Positions 18,385 through 27,799 of a stretch of DNA of 64,000 nt are shown in pieces. The notes beneath the pieces are model-generated. The model searched no databases. It had not been told where the DNA came from and saw nothing but the letters and a program-made list of their open reading frames with translations. Position 1 is the first letter of the stretch; every line of letters begins with the position of its first letter. The translations under genes and the position numbers were made by a program. This DNA is from an uncultured Acidobacteriota bacterium (GTDB taxonomy: Bacteria; Acidobacteriota; Vicinamibacteria; Vicinamibacterales; CAVVIG01): positions 580,271 through 644,270 of the forward strand of contig CAVQFD010000005.1 in NCBI GenBank assembly GCA_963711795.1. The letters run 5' to 3'.

Positions 18385-21300
18385 ATGACGTCTTCGTCGG
18401 CCTCCAATCTTTCTCTCGGCGTCCCTGGCTACACTTTCGCCGACCTTCACGACCCAGAACGGCTGGGATCGCTGTACGACCGCTTCTGCGAAGAGGTCGA
18501 GGCGGCTGATCCGCGGTTGTGGGCGGAATGGGACGCATACCGGCGCACCGCGGGCAGCCACGTCTCCACGCCGATGGCGCCCGTCGCGCTCTCGAACCTG
18601 CTGGTCGCGATGGCGCCTCATCTCAGCCGGTTCGTGACGCGCCTTTTCGACGTCGGCCCGGCTGCCGGGACGCTCGAGGCAGCTACGCGCGCCGAGGACG
18701 ACCTCTTCCGCTTCAAGGTCGATTTCGTGCGCCGGCGAGCCATGCCTCTGCTCAAGGGCGGCGCGCACGCCGCCCGCTCCGCCGAGGACGATGCCGTGGT
18801 GGAGGCCCTGACCGGCGGGGCTGCCGGCAATCGGGAGCGCGCGGTGGCCCGCGCCGGATGTGCGCTGCTCGATCGTGAGAAGGCCGATGCGAGCGGTGTC
18901 GCTGCCCAGATCGAGAGCCTGAAGCGTTGGTGTGCAGCCCGGCTTCACGATCCGGCGTACCGCGGCTGGGTCGTCTTCCGCTTTCCCGAGACGCTGGACT
19001 ACTGGAACCTGGTCGCCACGACGCGCCCGTTGACGGATCTGCCCGAGGCGATGCTTGGGCCCGATGCCCGGCTCAGACGGCGGGACGGGTTCGGGCTGAC
19101 CGATCCCCGGATGCAGCCCCGGGAGGTGCTGAGCGAGATCCACTACTGCGTGCTCTGCCACGAGCGGAACAAGGACTCGTGCTCGAAGGGCCTGCACGAA
19201 GCTGGAACGGCCGGGCAGCCGGTGAAGGTCAGCGTCAACCCCCTCGGCATCGAGCTGGAAGGGTGTCCGCTCGACGAGAAGATCTCGGAGATGCACACGC
19301 TGCGGAAGGCGGGCGATGCGGTCGGCGCGCTGGCGCTGGTGGTGCTCGACAACCCGATGTGTCCAGGTACCGGCCACCGGATCTGCAACGACTGCATGAA
19401 GGCCTGCATTTATCAGAAGCAGGAACCGGTCAACATTCCGCAGATCGAGACCGGCGTCCTCACCGACGTGCTGCGCCTGCCCTGGGGTGTTGAGATTTAC
19501 GGCCTGCTGACGCGCTGGAATCCGTTGAACGTTCAGCGGCCCTACGCGCTGCCCTACAACGGCCGGAACGTCCTGGTGGTCGGGCTCGGGCCCGCGGGCT
19601 ACACGCTGGCCCACTACCTGGTGAACGAGGGCTTCGGCGTCGTCGGTATCGACGGCTTGAAGATTGAGCCGCTGCCCGCGCATCTCACCGGGAGCGATTC
19701 AAGTGCGCCGGACCCGATTCGCGAGTGGGACGCGATCTACCGGAAGCTCGACGATCGCGTGCTCGAAGGCTTTGGCGGCGTCTCCGAGTACGGCATCACG
19801 GTGCGGTGGGACAAGAATTTCCTGACCTTGCTGCACCTCACGCTCGCCAGGCGGCGCGGGCTGAAGATGTACGGGGGCGTGCGGTTCGGCGGCACGATGC
19901 CGATTGAAGACGCGTGGACACTCGGGTTCGATCACGTGGCCGTGGCGACGGGCGCCGGCAAGCCGACCATCATCGACATGAAGAACAACCTGATCCGCGG
20001 GATCAGGAAAGCCAGCGACTTCCTGATGGCGCTGCAGCTGACCGGCGCGTTCAAGCGCGCGGCGCTGCCGAACCTGCAGGCGCGGCTGCCGGCCGTGGTC
20101 ATCGGCGGCGGCCTGACGGCGATTGATACGGCGACCGAGCTGATGGCGTACTACCCGCTGCAGGTCGAGAAGGTGCTCGAGCAGTACCGACGGGCTCTGC
20201 AAGTCGGTCGGCGAGGCGCGCGTGAGGGCCCAGTACGATCCCGAGGAGCTCGAGCTCGTGGACGAATTCCGTGCGCACGGGCACGCGGTTCGGGCCGAGC
20301 GCAGGCGCGCGGAGGCCGCAGGAGAGACGCCGGACTTCGTGCCGCTCGTGCGGAGCTGGGGCGGCGTGACGCTCGCCTACCGAAAGCGCATGGTTGATTC
20401 GCCCGCGTACCGCCTGAACCACGAGGAAGTGATCAAGGCGCTCGAAGAGGGGATTACGTTCGCGGAGAATCTCAATCCGCTCGAAGCCGTGCCGGACGAG
20501 CGCGGCGCTGTCGCCGCGATGCGTTTCGCTCGGGAAAGCAAGCCCGAGGTGACACTCCCCGCGCGCACGGTGCTCGTGGCGGCCGGCACGTCGCCCAACA
20601 TTACCTACGAGCGCGAGGCTGCCGGGACGTTTCAGCTGGATTCGAAGAAGAAGTTCTTCCAGCCGCACACCGTGTCGCGAGGAGCCGACGGGCAGTTTCG
20701 CCTGACGCCTGACGCTGCCGGCTTCTTCACTTCGCACACCAGCCAGGGCCGTTTCGTCACCTACTACGGCGACAACCATCCGCGCTACGCCGGGAACGTG
20801 GTGAAGGCCATGGCCTCGGCGAAGGACGGGTTTCCGAAAGTCGTGCAGCTGTTCGAAGACGACTTGCTCGCCCTGGATCCTGCGGAACAGCCGGCGCGCG
20901 ATGATGGCTGGCGCGCGCTGGTCGCCAGGCTGGACGAGGAGCTGATTGCCACGGTCGAGGATGTGGTGCGGCTGACGCCGACCATCGTGGAAGTGATCGT
21001 CAAGGCGCCGTCCGCCGCCCGGCACTTCCGGCCGGGCCAGTTCTACCGGCTGCAGAACTACGAGTCGCTCGCGCGCCGCGTTGGCGGCGTCCCGCTCCTG
21101 ATGGAGGGGATCGCGCTCACCGGGGCCTGGGTGGACAAGGAGAAGGGACTCTTGTCACTCATCGCGCTCGAGCTCGGCGTCTCGAGCCGCCTCGTGGCGT
21201 ACCTGGAGAAGGGCGAGCGGGTGGTCGTGATGGGCCCGACAGGCGCGCCCACGGAGATCCCGGAAGATCAGAACGTGCTCCTGCTCGGCGGCGGTCTCGG

Positions 21301-21916
21301 CAACGCCGTGCTGTTCTCGATCGCCAGGGCGTTGCGCGAGAACGGGAACCGCGTGCTCTATTTCGCGGGCTACAAGAAGGGCGAAGACCTGTTCAAGCGC
21401 GAGGAGATCGAGGCCGCCACCGACCAGGTGATCTGGAGCACCGATATCGGCGCCGCCATTGCTCCGGGGCGTCCGCAGGACGCGCATTTCCGCGGGAACA
21501 TCGTGCAGGCCATGCTGGCGTATCAGGCAGGGGAGCTCGGCACGCCTCTCGTGCCGCTGCCAACCGTGGATCGCATCATCGCGATTGGATCGGATCGCAT
21601 GATGGCCGCCGTGAAGGCCGCTCGCCACGGCTCGCTGGCGCCTCACCTCAAGAAGGAGCACGTCGGGATCGCCAGCATCAACTCGCCGATGCAGTGCATG
21701 ATGAAGGAGGTCTGCGCGCAGTGCCTCCAGAAGCACGTGGATCCGCAGACGGGCAAGGAGTCGATCATCTTTTCCTGCTTCAACCAGGACCAGGACATGG
21801 ATCGCGTGGACTTCCCGAACCTCGCGGCGCGCCTCCGGCAGAACACCGTCCAGGAGAAGCTCACGAACCTCTGGTTCGAGCAGCTCCTGTCCACGGCAGA
21901 CTTCCCACACGTTTGA
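18385..21916 (+). CDS. Large (~1170 aa) Fe-S/FAD-NAD(P) oxidoreductase: GltD-like module fused to a PyrK/FNR-like module (one frameshift as assembled)
   Basis: ORFs 18385..20397 and 20222..21916 join near 20183-20192 ('...VEKVLEQY|DGLCKSVGEARVRAQYDPEEL'). Cys clusters are 'HYCVLCHERNKDSC' and 'MCPGTGHRICNDCMKAC'. Dinucleotide folds are 'VLVVGLGPAGYTLA' and 'AVVIGGGLTAIDTA'. The PyrK-like part is 'HFRPGQFYRLQ...VVVMGPTGAP...LLLGGGLGNAVL' with a terminal 'CMMKEVCAQC...FSCFNQDQ'. Confidence 0.7.
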
Positions 21917-21984
21917 GAAGTCAGAACTTCGAAGTTAGAACTAAGAACTCAGTTCTTAGTTCTAAGTTCTCAGTTCTGACTTCC
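21917..21984. terminator. Imperfect ~30-bp-stem hairpin built from AGAACT-type heptamers between convergent genes (candidate bidirectional terminator)
   Basis: 'gaagtcagaacttcgaagttagaactaagaac' pairs with 'ttcttagttctaagttctcagttctgacttcc'. It starts 1 nt after the oxidoreductase stop (21914-21916). It contains the last codons and the stop (21970-21972) of glk. Confidence 0.55.
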
Positions 21985-22961
21985 CCGCTGTGCGAATGCG
22001 GCCGCGCCAAGCAGGCCGGCATCGGCGTTCAGGATGACCTTGACGGGCATGCGCGCCAGCAGCGCCTCGAACGGCGCCTTGTCGAGAAAGGCGCGCATGA
22101 AACGGCCGGAGACGATCGCGGGCAGGATCTTGGGCGCGATGCCGCCGCCGACAAACACGCCGCCGGTCGCGACCGTCCGCAGGGCCCAGTTCCCGGTTTC
22201 CGCACCGTACGCGTCGACAAACATGTCGAGTGCTTCCATGCAGTCGAGGCAACGGCGATCCAGCGCTGCCGCGGCAATGGCGGGCGGCACCGCCGGGTCG
22301 TCGTCGCTCTGGTCGTCGACCTGGACGACCGTGCACGGCACGGCGTGTGTCACGCGGTGGGTGTTTATCAGGCCTCTTCCCGCCACGATCTTCTCGACCT
22401 CTGCGCGGCCATGGCGGCTCGTCACGAGCCGGAGCAACTCGATCTCGCGTTCCGTCCTCGCCGCGTAGTCGGCGTGCCCCCCTCGGCCGGCGAGGGCACC
22501 AGGCCGAGGCCCTCCACGCGGTGCAGCAAAGCAGATCCAAGCCCGGTTCCGGCCGCGATGAGCGCGATGTTGCCATTCGGGTCGGCCTGACCGGCTTGCA
22601 GCACATGGACCTCTGCGTCTTCCAGCAGCGGCACGGCGTAAGCCATCGCCTGAAGGTCGTTGAGCAGCGACACTCGAGGAATGTCGAAGGCCGCGGCCAC
22701 TGCCGATGCATCGATCCGCCACGGGACGTTGGTCAGCGAGGCCGTCTGGCCGAGCACGGGTCCCGCTACACCGAAGCAGGCGGCCTCGACCCGAGCACCC
22801 ATGACCTCTTGATCCCTCGCAAAGTCCGATATGACGTCGGGGAGGTCCGGGTAGTCGAGCGTCGGAAACGAGCGCACGACGAGCATGCGGGGACGAAAAG
22901 ATCCCGGCTCGAAGAGGCCGAGCAGGGTCTTGGTACCACCAATGTCGCCGGCGAGAAGCAC
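21970..22961 (-). CDS. glk: Glucokinase (one frameshift as assembled)
   Basis: ORF 22422..22961 has 'LLAGDIGGTKT', 'LNDLQAMAY' and 'IAAGTGLG'. The C-terminal half ('GGHADYAARTEREIELL...GGVFVGGGIAPKIL...LLGAAAFA') is the tail of ORF 21970..23379. The two pieces join at the C6 run 22477-22482. Confidence 0.8.
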
Positions 22962-23008
22962 GCGTTACCTCACTTTGCGATTGACGTCGACGGTATTCTC
23001 TATCATCT

Positions 23009-24184
23009 TTGGTGCCGTTTCCCCTCTGGCGCCCCCTGGGAGAAGCTGTGCTGCCGACTTCGTCCGACCTGCCGCCGCGGCCTCCGCTCGATGGGGAACT
23101 CGTGGTGTTCACCGGCAAGCTGAGCTCGCTCGGCCGCAAGGACGCTCGAGCGCTGGTCGAGCGGCTGGGCGGCTCGACCGCGGATGACGTGAACGCGAAG
23201 ACCACCATGCTCGTGGTGGGCGCCGAAGGCTTCGGGCCCACACTCGATCCCGCGCGCGCGAGAAGCCAGAAGATCGTCCGCGCCGAGGAGCTCAACGCGC
23301 AGAAGGCCGCGGTGATCCAGATCCTCACCGAGGAACAGTTTTGCGTGCTGGCGGACGTCCCGACGCCGGACGCTCTCAAGCGCCAGTACCACGCGATGCG
23401 GGATCTGCTGGGCCGCTACCGCAACCTCCGCGAGGATCACCTGCGGTATCTCGTCAAGTGCGGGCTCCTGCGTCCGGTTCTGCGCACCAACGCCGACACG
23501 TTCTTTTCGTTCGCGGACGTGACCATCGTCAAGCGGGCGCACGACGAGCTGGCCGAAGGTGCCTCGTTCAAGCGCGTGGTCAGGGCCCTCCTGGCCTCCA
23601 CCATGGGCCAGCTGGCATTCGACTTCCGGCTCGATGCGGAGCCCGCCCGGATCGTCACGCTGCAGCCCAGGGCGGCCGACGCCGGATCCCGGCGGCCGTC
23701 TTCGCCCGCTGAAGCCCCGCGCGACAGGGCACGCGCGGAGGAATACTTCCGCGCCGCATCGGCACTCGACGATGGCGACGAGGGAAGGCGCGAGGAGGCT
23801 GCCTCGACGTATCGGCAGGCGCTGGAGTGGGATCCGAACCTTGTCGCGGCTCTCATCAACCTGGCGAACATCCACTACTCGCGCGATGAGCTCGCCGAGG
23901 CGCAGGCGCTTTACGAGCGCGCCATCGGCCTCGAACCGGACTTCTTCGAGGCTCACTTCAACCTCGGCAACATCTGCCACGATCTCGGGCGCTTTCCTGA
24001 GGCCGAGGCCTGCTACCTCGAGGCGCTGCGACTGAACCCCATGTACGCCGATACGCACTTCTACCTGGCGGTGACCTTCGAGAAGATGGGCCGCTCGGAC
24101 GAGGCGCGCCCTCACTGGCGCTCGTACCAGCAGCTCGAGCCCCATGGAGAGTGGGTGGAGCTGGCCAGAGAGTTCTCTGAATAA
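23009..24184 (+). CDS. BRCT domain / MerR-like HTH / TPR repeat protein
   Basis: The BRCT part is 'LDGELVVFTGKLSSLGRKDARALVERLGGSTADDVNAKTTMLVVG'. The middle part 'LRYLVKCGLLRPVLRTNADTFFSFADVTIVKRAHDEL' is MerR-HTH-like. C-terminal TPRs include 'ALINLANIHYSRDELAEAQALYERAIGLEPDFFEAHFNLG...'. Confidence 0.6.
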   Translation: MVPFPLWRPLGEAVLPTSSDLPPRPPLDGELVVFTGKLSSLGRKDARALVERLGGSTADDVNAKTTMLVVGAEGFGPTLDPARARSQKIVRAEELNAQKAAVIQILTEEQFCVLADVPTPDALKRQYHAMRDLLGRYRNLREDHLRYLVKCGLLRPVLRTNADTFFSFADVTIVKRAHDELAEGASFKRVVRALLASTMGQLAFDFRLDAEPARIVTLQPRAADAGSRRPSSPAEAPRDRARAEEYFRAASALDDGDEGRREEAASTYRQALEWDPNLVAALINLANIHYSRDELAEAQALYERAIGLEPDFFEAHFNLGNICHDLGRFPEAEACYLEALRLNPMYADTHFYLAVTFEKMGRSDEARPHWRSYQQLEPHGEWVELAREFSE

Positions 24185-24190
24185 AGACGT

Positions 24191-24226
24191 GAAATTGGGA
24201 ATTGGGAATTAGGAATTGAGAATTCG
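24191..24226. repeat. Five tandem GAATTGG-type heptamers
   Basis: 'gaaattgg gaattgg gaattag gaattga gaattcg' begins 6 nt after the BRCT-TPR stop (24182-24184). It overlaps the TTG start (24216) of the next gene. Confidence 0.7.
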
Positions 24227-25610
24227 TACCCTTCTCGACTTCGGGTTCATAGCGGGCTGCACGGCCATCGCCTGTGGGTCGGCGCCGGGGCCACAGGGAT
24301 CGGGCGCACGCGCCGGCGCGGCGACGCTTTTCGAGGGGGCGCGGCTCATCACGGGCGACGGCACGCCGCCGATCGAGGACTCGGCGTTCATCGTCGAGGG
24401 CGGGACCTTCACCGCAATCGGCCGCCGTGGAGCGTTGACTGTGCCCGTGGACGCCATCCGCGTGGATCTCGCAGGCAAGACGGTAATCCCGGGCTTGATC
24501 GATGCGCACTCGCACATCGGCTACATGAAGCATCTGACGAGCGGGCCCGAGAACTACACGCGGGAGCACATCCTCGATCACATGTATCGATTCGCCTATC
24601 ACGGCGTGGCCGCGAGCCAGGCCATGGGCTCGGACTTCGGCGACGTGTGGATGGGCCTGCGGGACGACATCGCGGCCGGCAAGTATCCGGAGGCGGCGCG
24701 GTTTCTCTCGGCCGGCCGTGGCCTCGCACCCGAGGACGAGGTCCGGCCCGACAACATGCGCCACTCGGCCTACACGATCCGGACCGAGGCCGACGCCCGC
24801 CAGGCCGTACGCGAGCTTGCCTCGCAGCGTGTCCGGATCGTCAAGACGTGGGTGGACGACAGGGGCGGGAGCGTTCGCAAGCTCACCCCGGAGCTCTATG
24901 CGGCCATCATCGACGAAGCCCACCGGCTTGGCCTGCGTGTCGCGGTGCACGCGAGCGGACTCGAGGACGCCAAGGCGTTGCTGCGCGCCGGCATCGACAT
25001 CTTTGCCCACATGATGAACGACGTGGACGACGAGCTCATCGGCCTGTTCAAGCAGCACCCCGGAACAAGCGTGCTCCTTGCGCTCGGCGGACCGAGACGG
25101 CAGGTCTCGGCGCCGTGGCTGAATCCGCCGCACCCGCTTGTCCTGGAGACCGTCCTGCCCGATCAGGTCAAGCGCCTGCAGGATCGGTTGGCGTCAGTGC
25201 CTGCGCCGGCGCGTGCCCGGGCGGAAGCCAGCTGGGAGCGCTTGGCGAGCGGGATTCGCCGGCTCGATGCGGCGGGCGTTCCGATCGGCGTCGGTACCGA
25301 CGGCGGGGGACAGACCGGCGATCAGTTCGTGGGGTGGACCATGCACACCGAGCTCGAGAACATGGTCGCGGCGGGGATGACCCAGGCCGACGTGCTCGTG
25401 GCCGCAACCCGGACAGCCGCCGCGATTCTCGAGATCGACGACCTTGGCGCGGTCGCTTCGGGTAAGAGCGCCGACTTCGTCGTGCTGAACGCAAATCCCC
25501 TCGACGACATCACCAACACACGCCGGATCGACCGCGTGTACCTGCGCGGTAAAGAGATCGATAGGTCTGCGATGCGGAGTCGATGGACGGGCGGAGGCGC
25601 AGGTCTTTAG
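24216..25610 (+). CDS. Amidohydrolase-family metallohydrolase, probable lipoprotein
   Basis: The lipobox-like N-terminus is 'LLDFGFIAGCTAIAC'. Metal ligand motifs are 'VIPGLIDAHSHIGY' (HxH), 'RVAVHA', 'DIFAHM' and 'GVGTDGGG'. The C-terminal 'VVLNANPLDDITNTRRIDRVYLRGKE' is typical of the family. Confidence 0.8.
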   Translation: MRIRTLLDFGFIAGCTAIACGSAPGPQGSGARAGAATLFEGARLITGDGTPPIEDSAFIVEGGTFTAIGRRGALTVPVDAIRVDLAGKTVIPGLIDAHSHIGYMKHLTSGPENYTREHILDHMYRFAYHGVAASQAMGSDFGDVWMGLRDDIAAGKYPEAARFLSAGRGLAPEDEVRPDNMRHSAYTIRTEADARQAVRELASQRVRIVKTWVDDRGGSVRKLTPELYAAIIDEAHRLGLRVAVHASGLEDAKALLRAGIDIFAHMMNDVDDELIGLFKQHPGTSVLLALGGPRRQVSAPWLNPPHPLVLETVLPDQVKRLQDRLASVPAPARARAEASWERLASGIRRLDAAGVPIGVGTDGGGQTGDQFVGWTMHTELENMVAAGMTQADVLVAATRTAAAILEIDDLGAVASGKSADFVVLNANPLDDITNTRRIDRVYLRGKEIDRSAMRSRWTGGGAGL

Positions 25611-25841
25611 TACCGATAGTCTTCCGGCGACCGCTTCTTCGGCGTGCGGCGGAGCTTGAAGAACTGGCAGTCCGGGCACCAGGCGTCCGGGTTGAAGCTG
25701 GTGCCGGCAATCGGCAGCACATCGCGGTGGCCGCAGCACTCCGGGCCGTCTTCGGGCGGACGCCTCCAGCGGCACGACTTGAACTTGATCGTGGCTTCGG
25801 AGATGACCGGCGTCGCCGGGGGAACTGGTAACTTCCGACAT
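25607..25841 (-). CDS. Small Cys-rich (zinc-ribbon-like) protein coupled to the helicase gene (one frameshift in a G5 run)
   Basis: ATG 25841..25839 overlaps the helicase TAA by 1 nt (TAATG). After a 1-nt correction at the G-run 25818-25822 the frame reads '...PATPVISEATIKFKSCRWRRPPEDGPECCGHRDVLPIAGTSFNPDAWCPDCQFFKLRRTPKKRSPEDYRY*'. Its stop (25609..25607) overlaps the convergent amidohydrolase stop. It is not in the ORF track as one piece. Confidence 0.45.
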
Positions 25842-26998
25842 TACGCGCTCAATTCTATGCGAACGCCGACGGACTTTTCTAGCGCGGCCAGGGCCGAGCG
25901 CTCATCCGGAGCCACGAGGGTGATCGCGTGGCCGACCACGTCCGCACGGCCCGTGCGGCCGACCCGGTGGACGTACGCGTCGGGCGAGTCGGGCAGCTCG
26001 TAGTTGATGACGGTGTGAATCCCGTCGATGTCCAGCCCGCGGGCCGCGATATCGGTGGCGACGAGCACTTTGTACTTCCCGCCGCGGAACCCTTCCACTG
26101 CCGCGCGGCGCTGTTCCTGGGTCCGGTCCGCGTGGAGCGCCACGCATCGGATGCTGGCCGCCTGCAGGCGCCTCGCCAGCCGCTCCGCGCCGATCTTGGT
26201 CCTCGAAAACACCAGCACGGGCCCTTCAGGGTTGCGCAGGTGCTCGATCAGCCAGTCGAGCTTTCCGGCGGTGTGCACGGTCGCGGCCCGGTGCGTAATG
26301 GTCTTCGCGGGCTTGCTCCGGTGCCCGACCTGCACGTACTTGGGCTCGCGCACGATCTCCAGCGCGAACCGCACGACATCATCGGGCATCGTCGCTGAGA
26401 AGAGCAGCGTCTGGCGCGTCGGGCTCGGCATCGCGGCGATGATTCGGCGGACGTCGGGCCAGAACCCCATGTCCATCATGCGATCGGCCTCGTCGAGGAC
26501 CAGGAGCTCGACGCCGCTGAGGTCGGCGTTCTGCTGCCGCATGTGATCGAGCAGCCGGCCCGGCGTCGCGACGATGATGTCGACGCCCGCCTTGAGCGCG
26601 CGTTCCTGCATGCCCATCTCGACGCCGCCGTAGACCGCGGCGCTCGTGATGGCCGTGTGGTACGACAGCCCGTGAATCTCGTCTTCGATCTGCACCGCCA
26701 GCTCGCGCGTCGGCGCGAGCACCAGCACGCGCGACCTCGTTCCCGGAGCATTCACGCCCGGCGCGCCGACGATATCGGATGGCACCGTTTCTACAGCGGG
26801 CGCTGTGAGCAGCCGCTGCAGCGTGGGGACCACGAACGCGCAGGTCTTGCCCGTGCCCGTTTCAGCGCAGGCAATGAGGTCGTGTCCCTCCAGGGCGAGC
26901 GGGATGACCGCGCTCTGGATCGGCCGGGTCTCGGTGAACCCGAGATCGCGGACGCCTTCGAGCAGCCGCGGGTCGAGGCCGAGCGATGTGAACGGCAC
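25841..26998 (-). CDS. DEAD-box ATP-dependent RNA helicase
   Basis: The motifs are Q 'GFTETRPIQ', I 'AETGTGKT', Ia 'PTRELA', II 'VLDEAD', III 'SAT', V 'ARGLD' and VI 'HRVGRTGRA'. The start is uncertain. GTG 26998 gives 'MPFTSLGLD...'. The frame is open upstream, with TTG 27151 adding an Arg/Pro-rich tail. It cannot extend past infA (27169). Confidence 0.85.
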   Translation of the reverse strand: MPFTSLGLDPRLLEGVRDLGFTETRPIQSAVIPLALEGHDLIACAETGTGKTCAFVVPTLQRLLTAPAVETVPSDIVGAPGVNAPGTRSRVLVLAPTRELAVQIEDEIHGLSYHTAITSAAVYGGVEMGMQERALKAGVDIIVATPGRLLDHMRQQNADLSGVELLVLDEADRMMDMGFWPDVRRIIAAMPSPTRQTLLFSATMPDDVVRFALEIVREPKYVQVGHRSKPAKTITHRAATVHTAGKLDWLIEHLRNPEGPVLVFSRTKIGAERLARRLQAASIRCVALHADRTQEQRRAAVEGFRGGKYKVLVATDIAARGLDIDGIHTVINYELPDSPDAYVHRVGRTGRADVVGHAITLVAPDERSALAALEKSVGVRIELSA

Positions 26999-27168
26999 CG
27001 GGGAGGTGTCGACAAGCGTCGGCTCGAGCGCGGGAGCTGACGATGTGGATGGGCGCGGTGCGGCGTAGGTCGGAGTGCGCGCGGGACCGCCGCGCGGTCC
27101 GCGCCTCGGGCGCCCGCGTGATGGTCGTCGATTGCTTGTATTGGAATTCAAACTTGTTTTGTTTCTGG

Positions 27169-27387
27169 CTAGCGCGCGCGGAAGGTAATGATGCCCCGGA
27201 CCGGATCGTAGGGCGAGACGCCGACGGTGACGCGATCCCCGGGGACGACCTTGATGCGGAAGCGGCGCATGCGGCCGCTCAGCTGGGCGAGCACTTCGTG
27301 GCCGGCGTCGCATTGCACGCGGTAAAGCCCGCCGCTGTGCACCGCCACCACGGTGCCCTGCATGTCGATGAGATCGTCCTTGCTCAA
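27169..27387 (-). CDS. infA: Translation initiation factor IF-1
   Basis: 72 aa: 'MSKDDLIDMQGTVVAVHSGGLYRVQCDAGHEVLAQLSGRMRRFRIKVVPGDRVTVGVSPYDPVRGIITFRAR', a canonical IF-1 S1 fold sequence. Confidence 0.97.
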   Translation of the reverse strand: MSKDDLIDMQGTVVAVHSGGLYRVQCDAGHEVLAQLSGRMRRFRIKVVPGDRVTVGVSPYDPVRGIITFRAR

Positions 27388-27467
27388 TCGGGCTAGCTAT
27401 CCTTTCTGTGACCGTTACCGTACAACGTCAAACAAGGATTGTGCCACATGGGGTGGCTGGCTGTCAT

Positions 27468-27799
27468 CATTCTCCACTTTGCGCCGGGGCCCCACCCCCG
27501 GCGCGAACTGACGCCGAACTCGTCGACGGTCTCGGCTCCTGTGGCCGACGCGTATTCTCCACTTTGCGCGCCCACGGCCAACTCGCCGACATCCTCGGAT
27601 CGCTTGCCGGCTCCGTGTGGCCGCAGGCGCTCGTCATTCTCCACTTTGCGCGGGGCCCCACCCCCGCGCCTGTCGCCGCTCGCCCACACTCGCGGCGATG
27701 ATTTGCGGACTTTCCGCTTAGTCACGGCTGGCACCTCTGCCTCGCCCGCTGCTAGCCCGCCCCCGCCTGCCCTGCCTGCCTTGCCAGCCCCGCCCGCCC
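27468..27799. repeat. Composite REP-like element: three 84-bp-spaced 'cattctccactttgcgc' boxes with GC hairpins, then a G/C-rich heptamer array abutting a stop codon
   Basis: The boxes are at 27468, 27552 and 27636. The hairpin cores are 'gcgccggggccccacccccggcgc' and 'gcgcggggccccacccccgcgc'. Region 27636-27799 is an inverted copy of 38047-38230 (for example 'cgcctgtcgccgctcgcccacactcgcggcg...ccgcttagtcac'). It ends directly at the stop (27800-27802) of the acyl-ligase gene. Confidence 0.8.

Noticed and set aside
21970-23379. A 469-aa ORF on the minus strand read as a single protein
   Set aside because: Only its last ~165 aa (the glucokinase C-terminal half) look like real protein. The N-terminal part is low-complexity R/A/G/S-rich, antisense to the BRCT-TPR gene and out of frame with the glk N-terminus. 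It is a frame chimera.
25194-25841. A 215-aa minus-strand ORF starting at the helicase stop
   Set aside because: After the first ~8 codons it is out of frame with the Cys-rich peptide and becomes Arg/Pro-rich nonsense antisense to the amidohydrolase gene. Only the ATG and first codons are used, and the real frame is reached through the G5-run correction.
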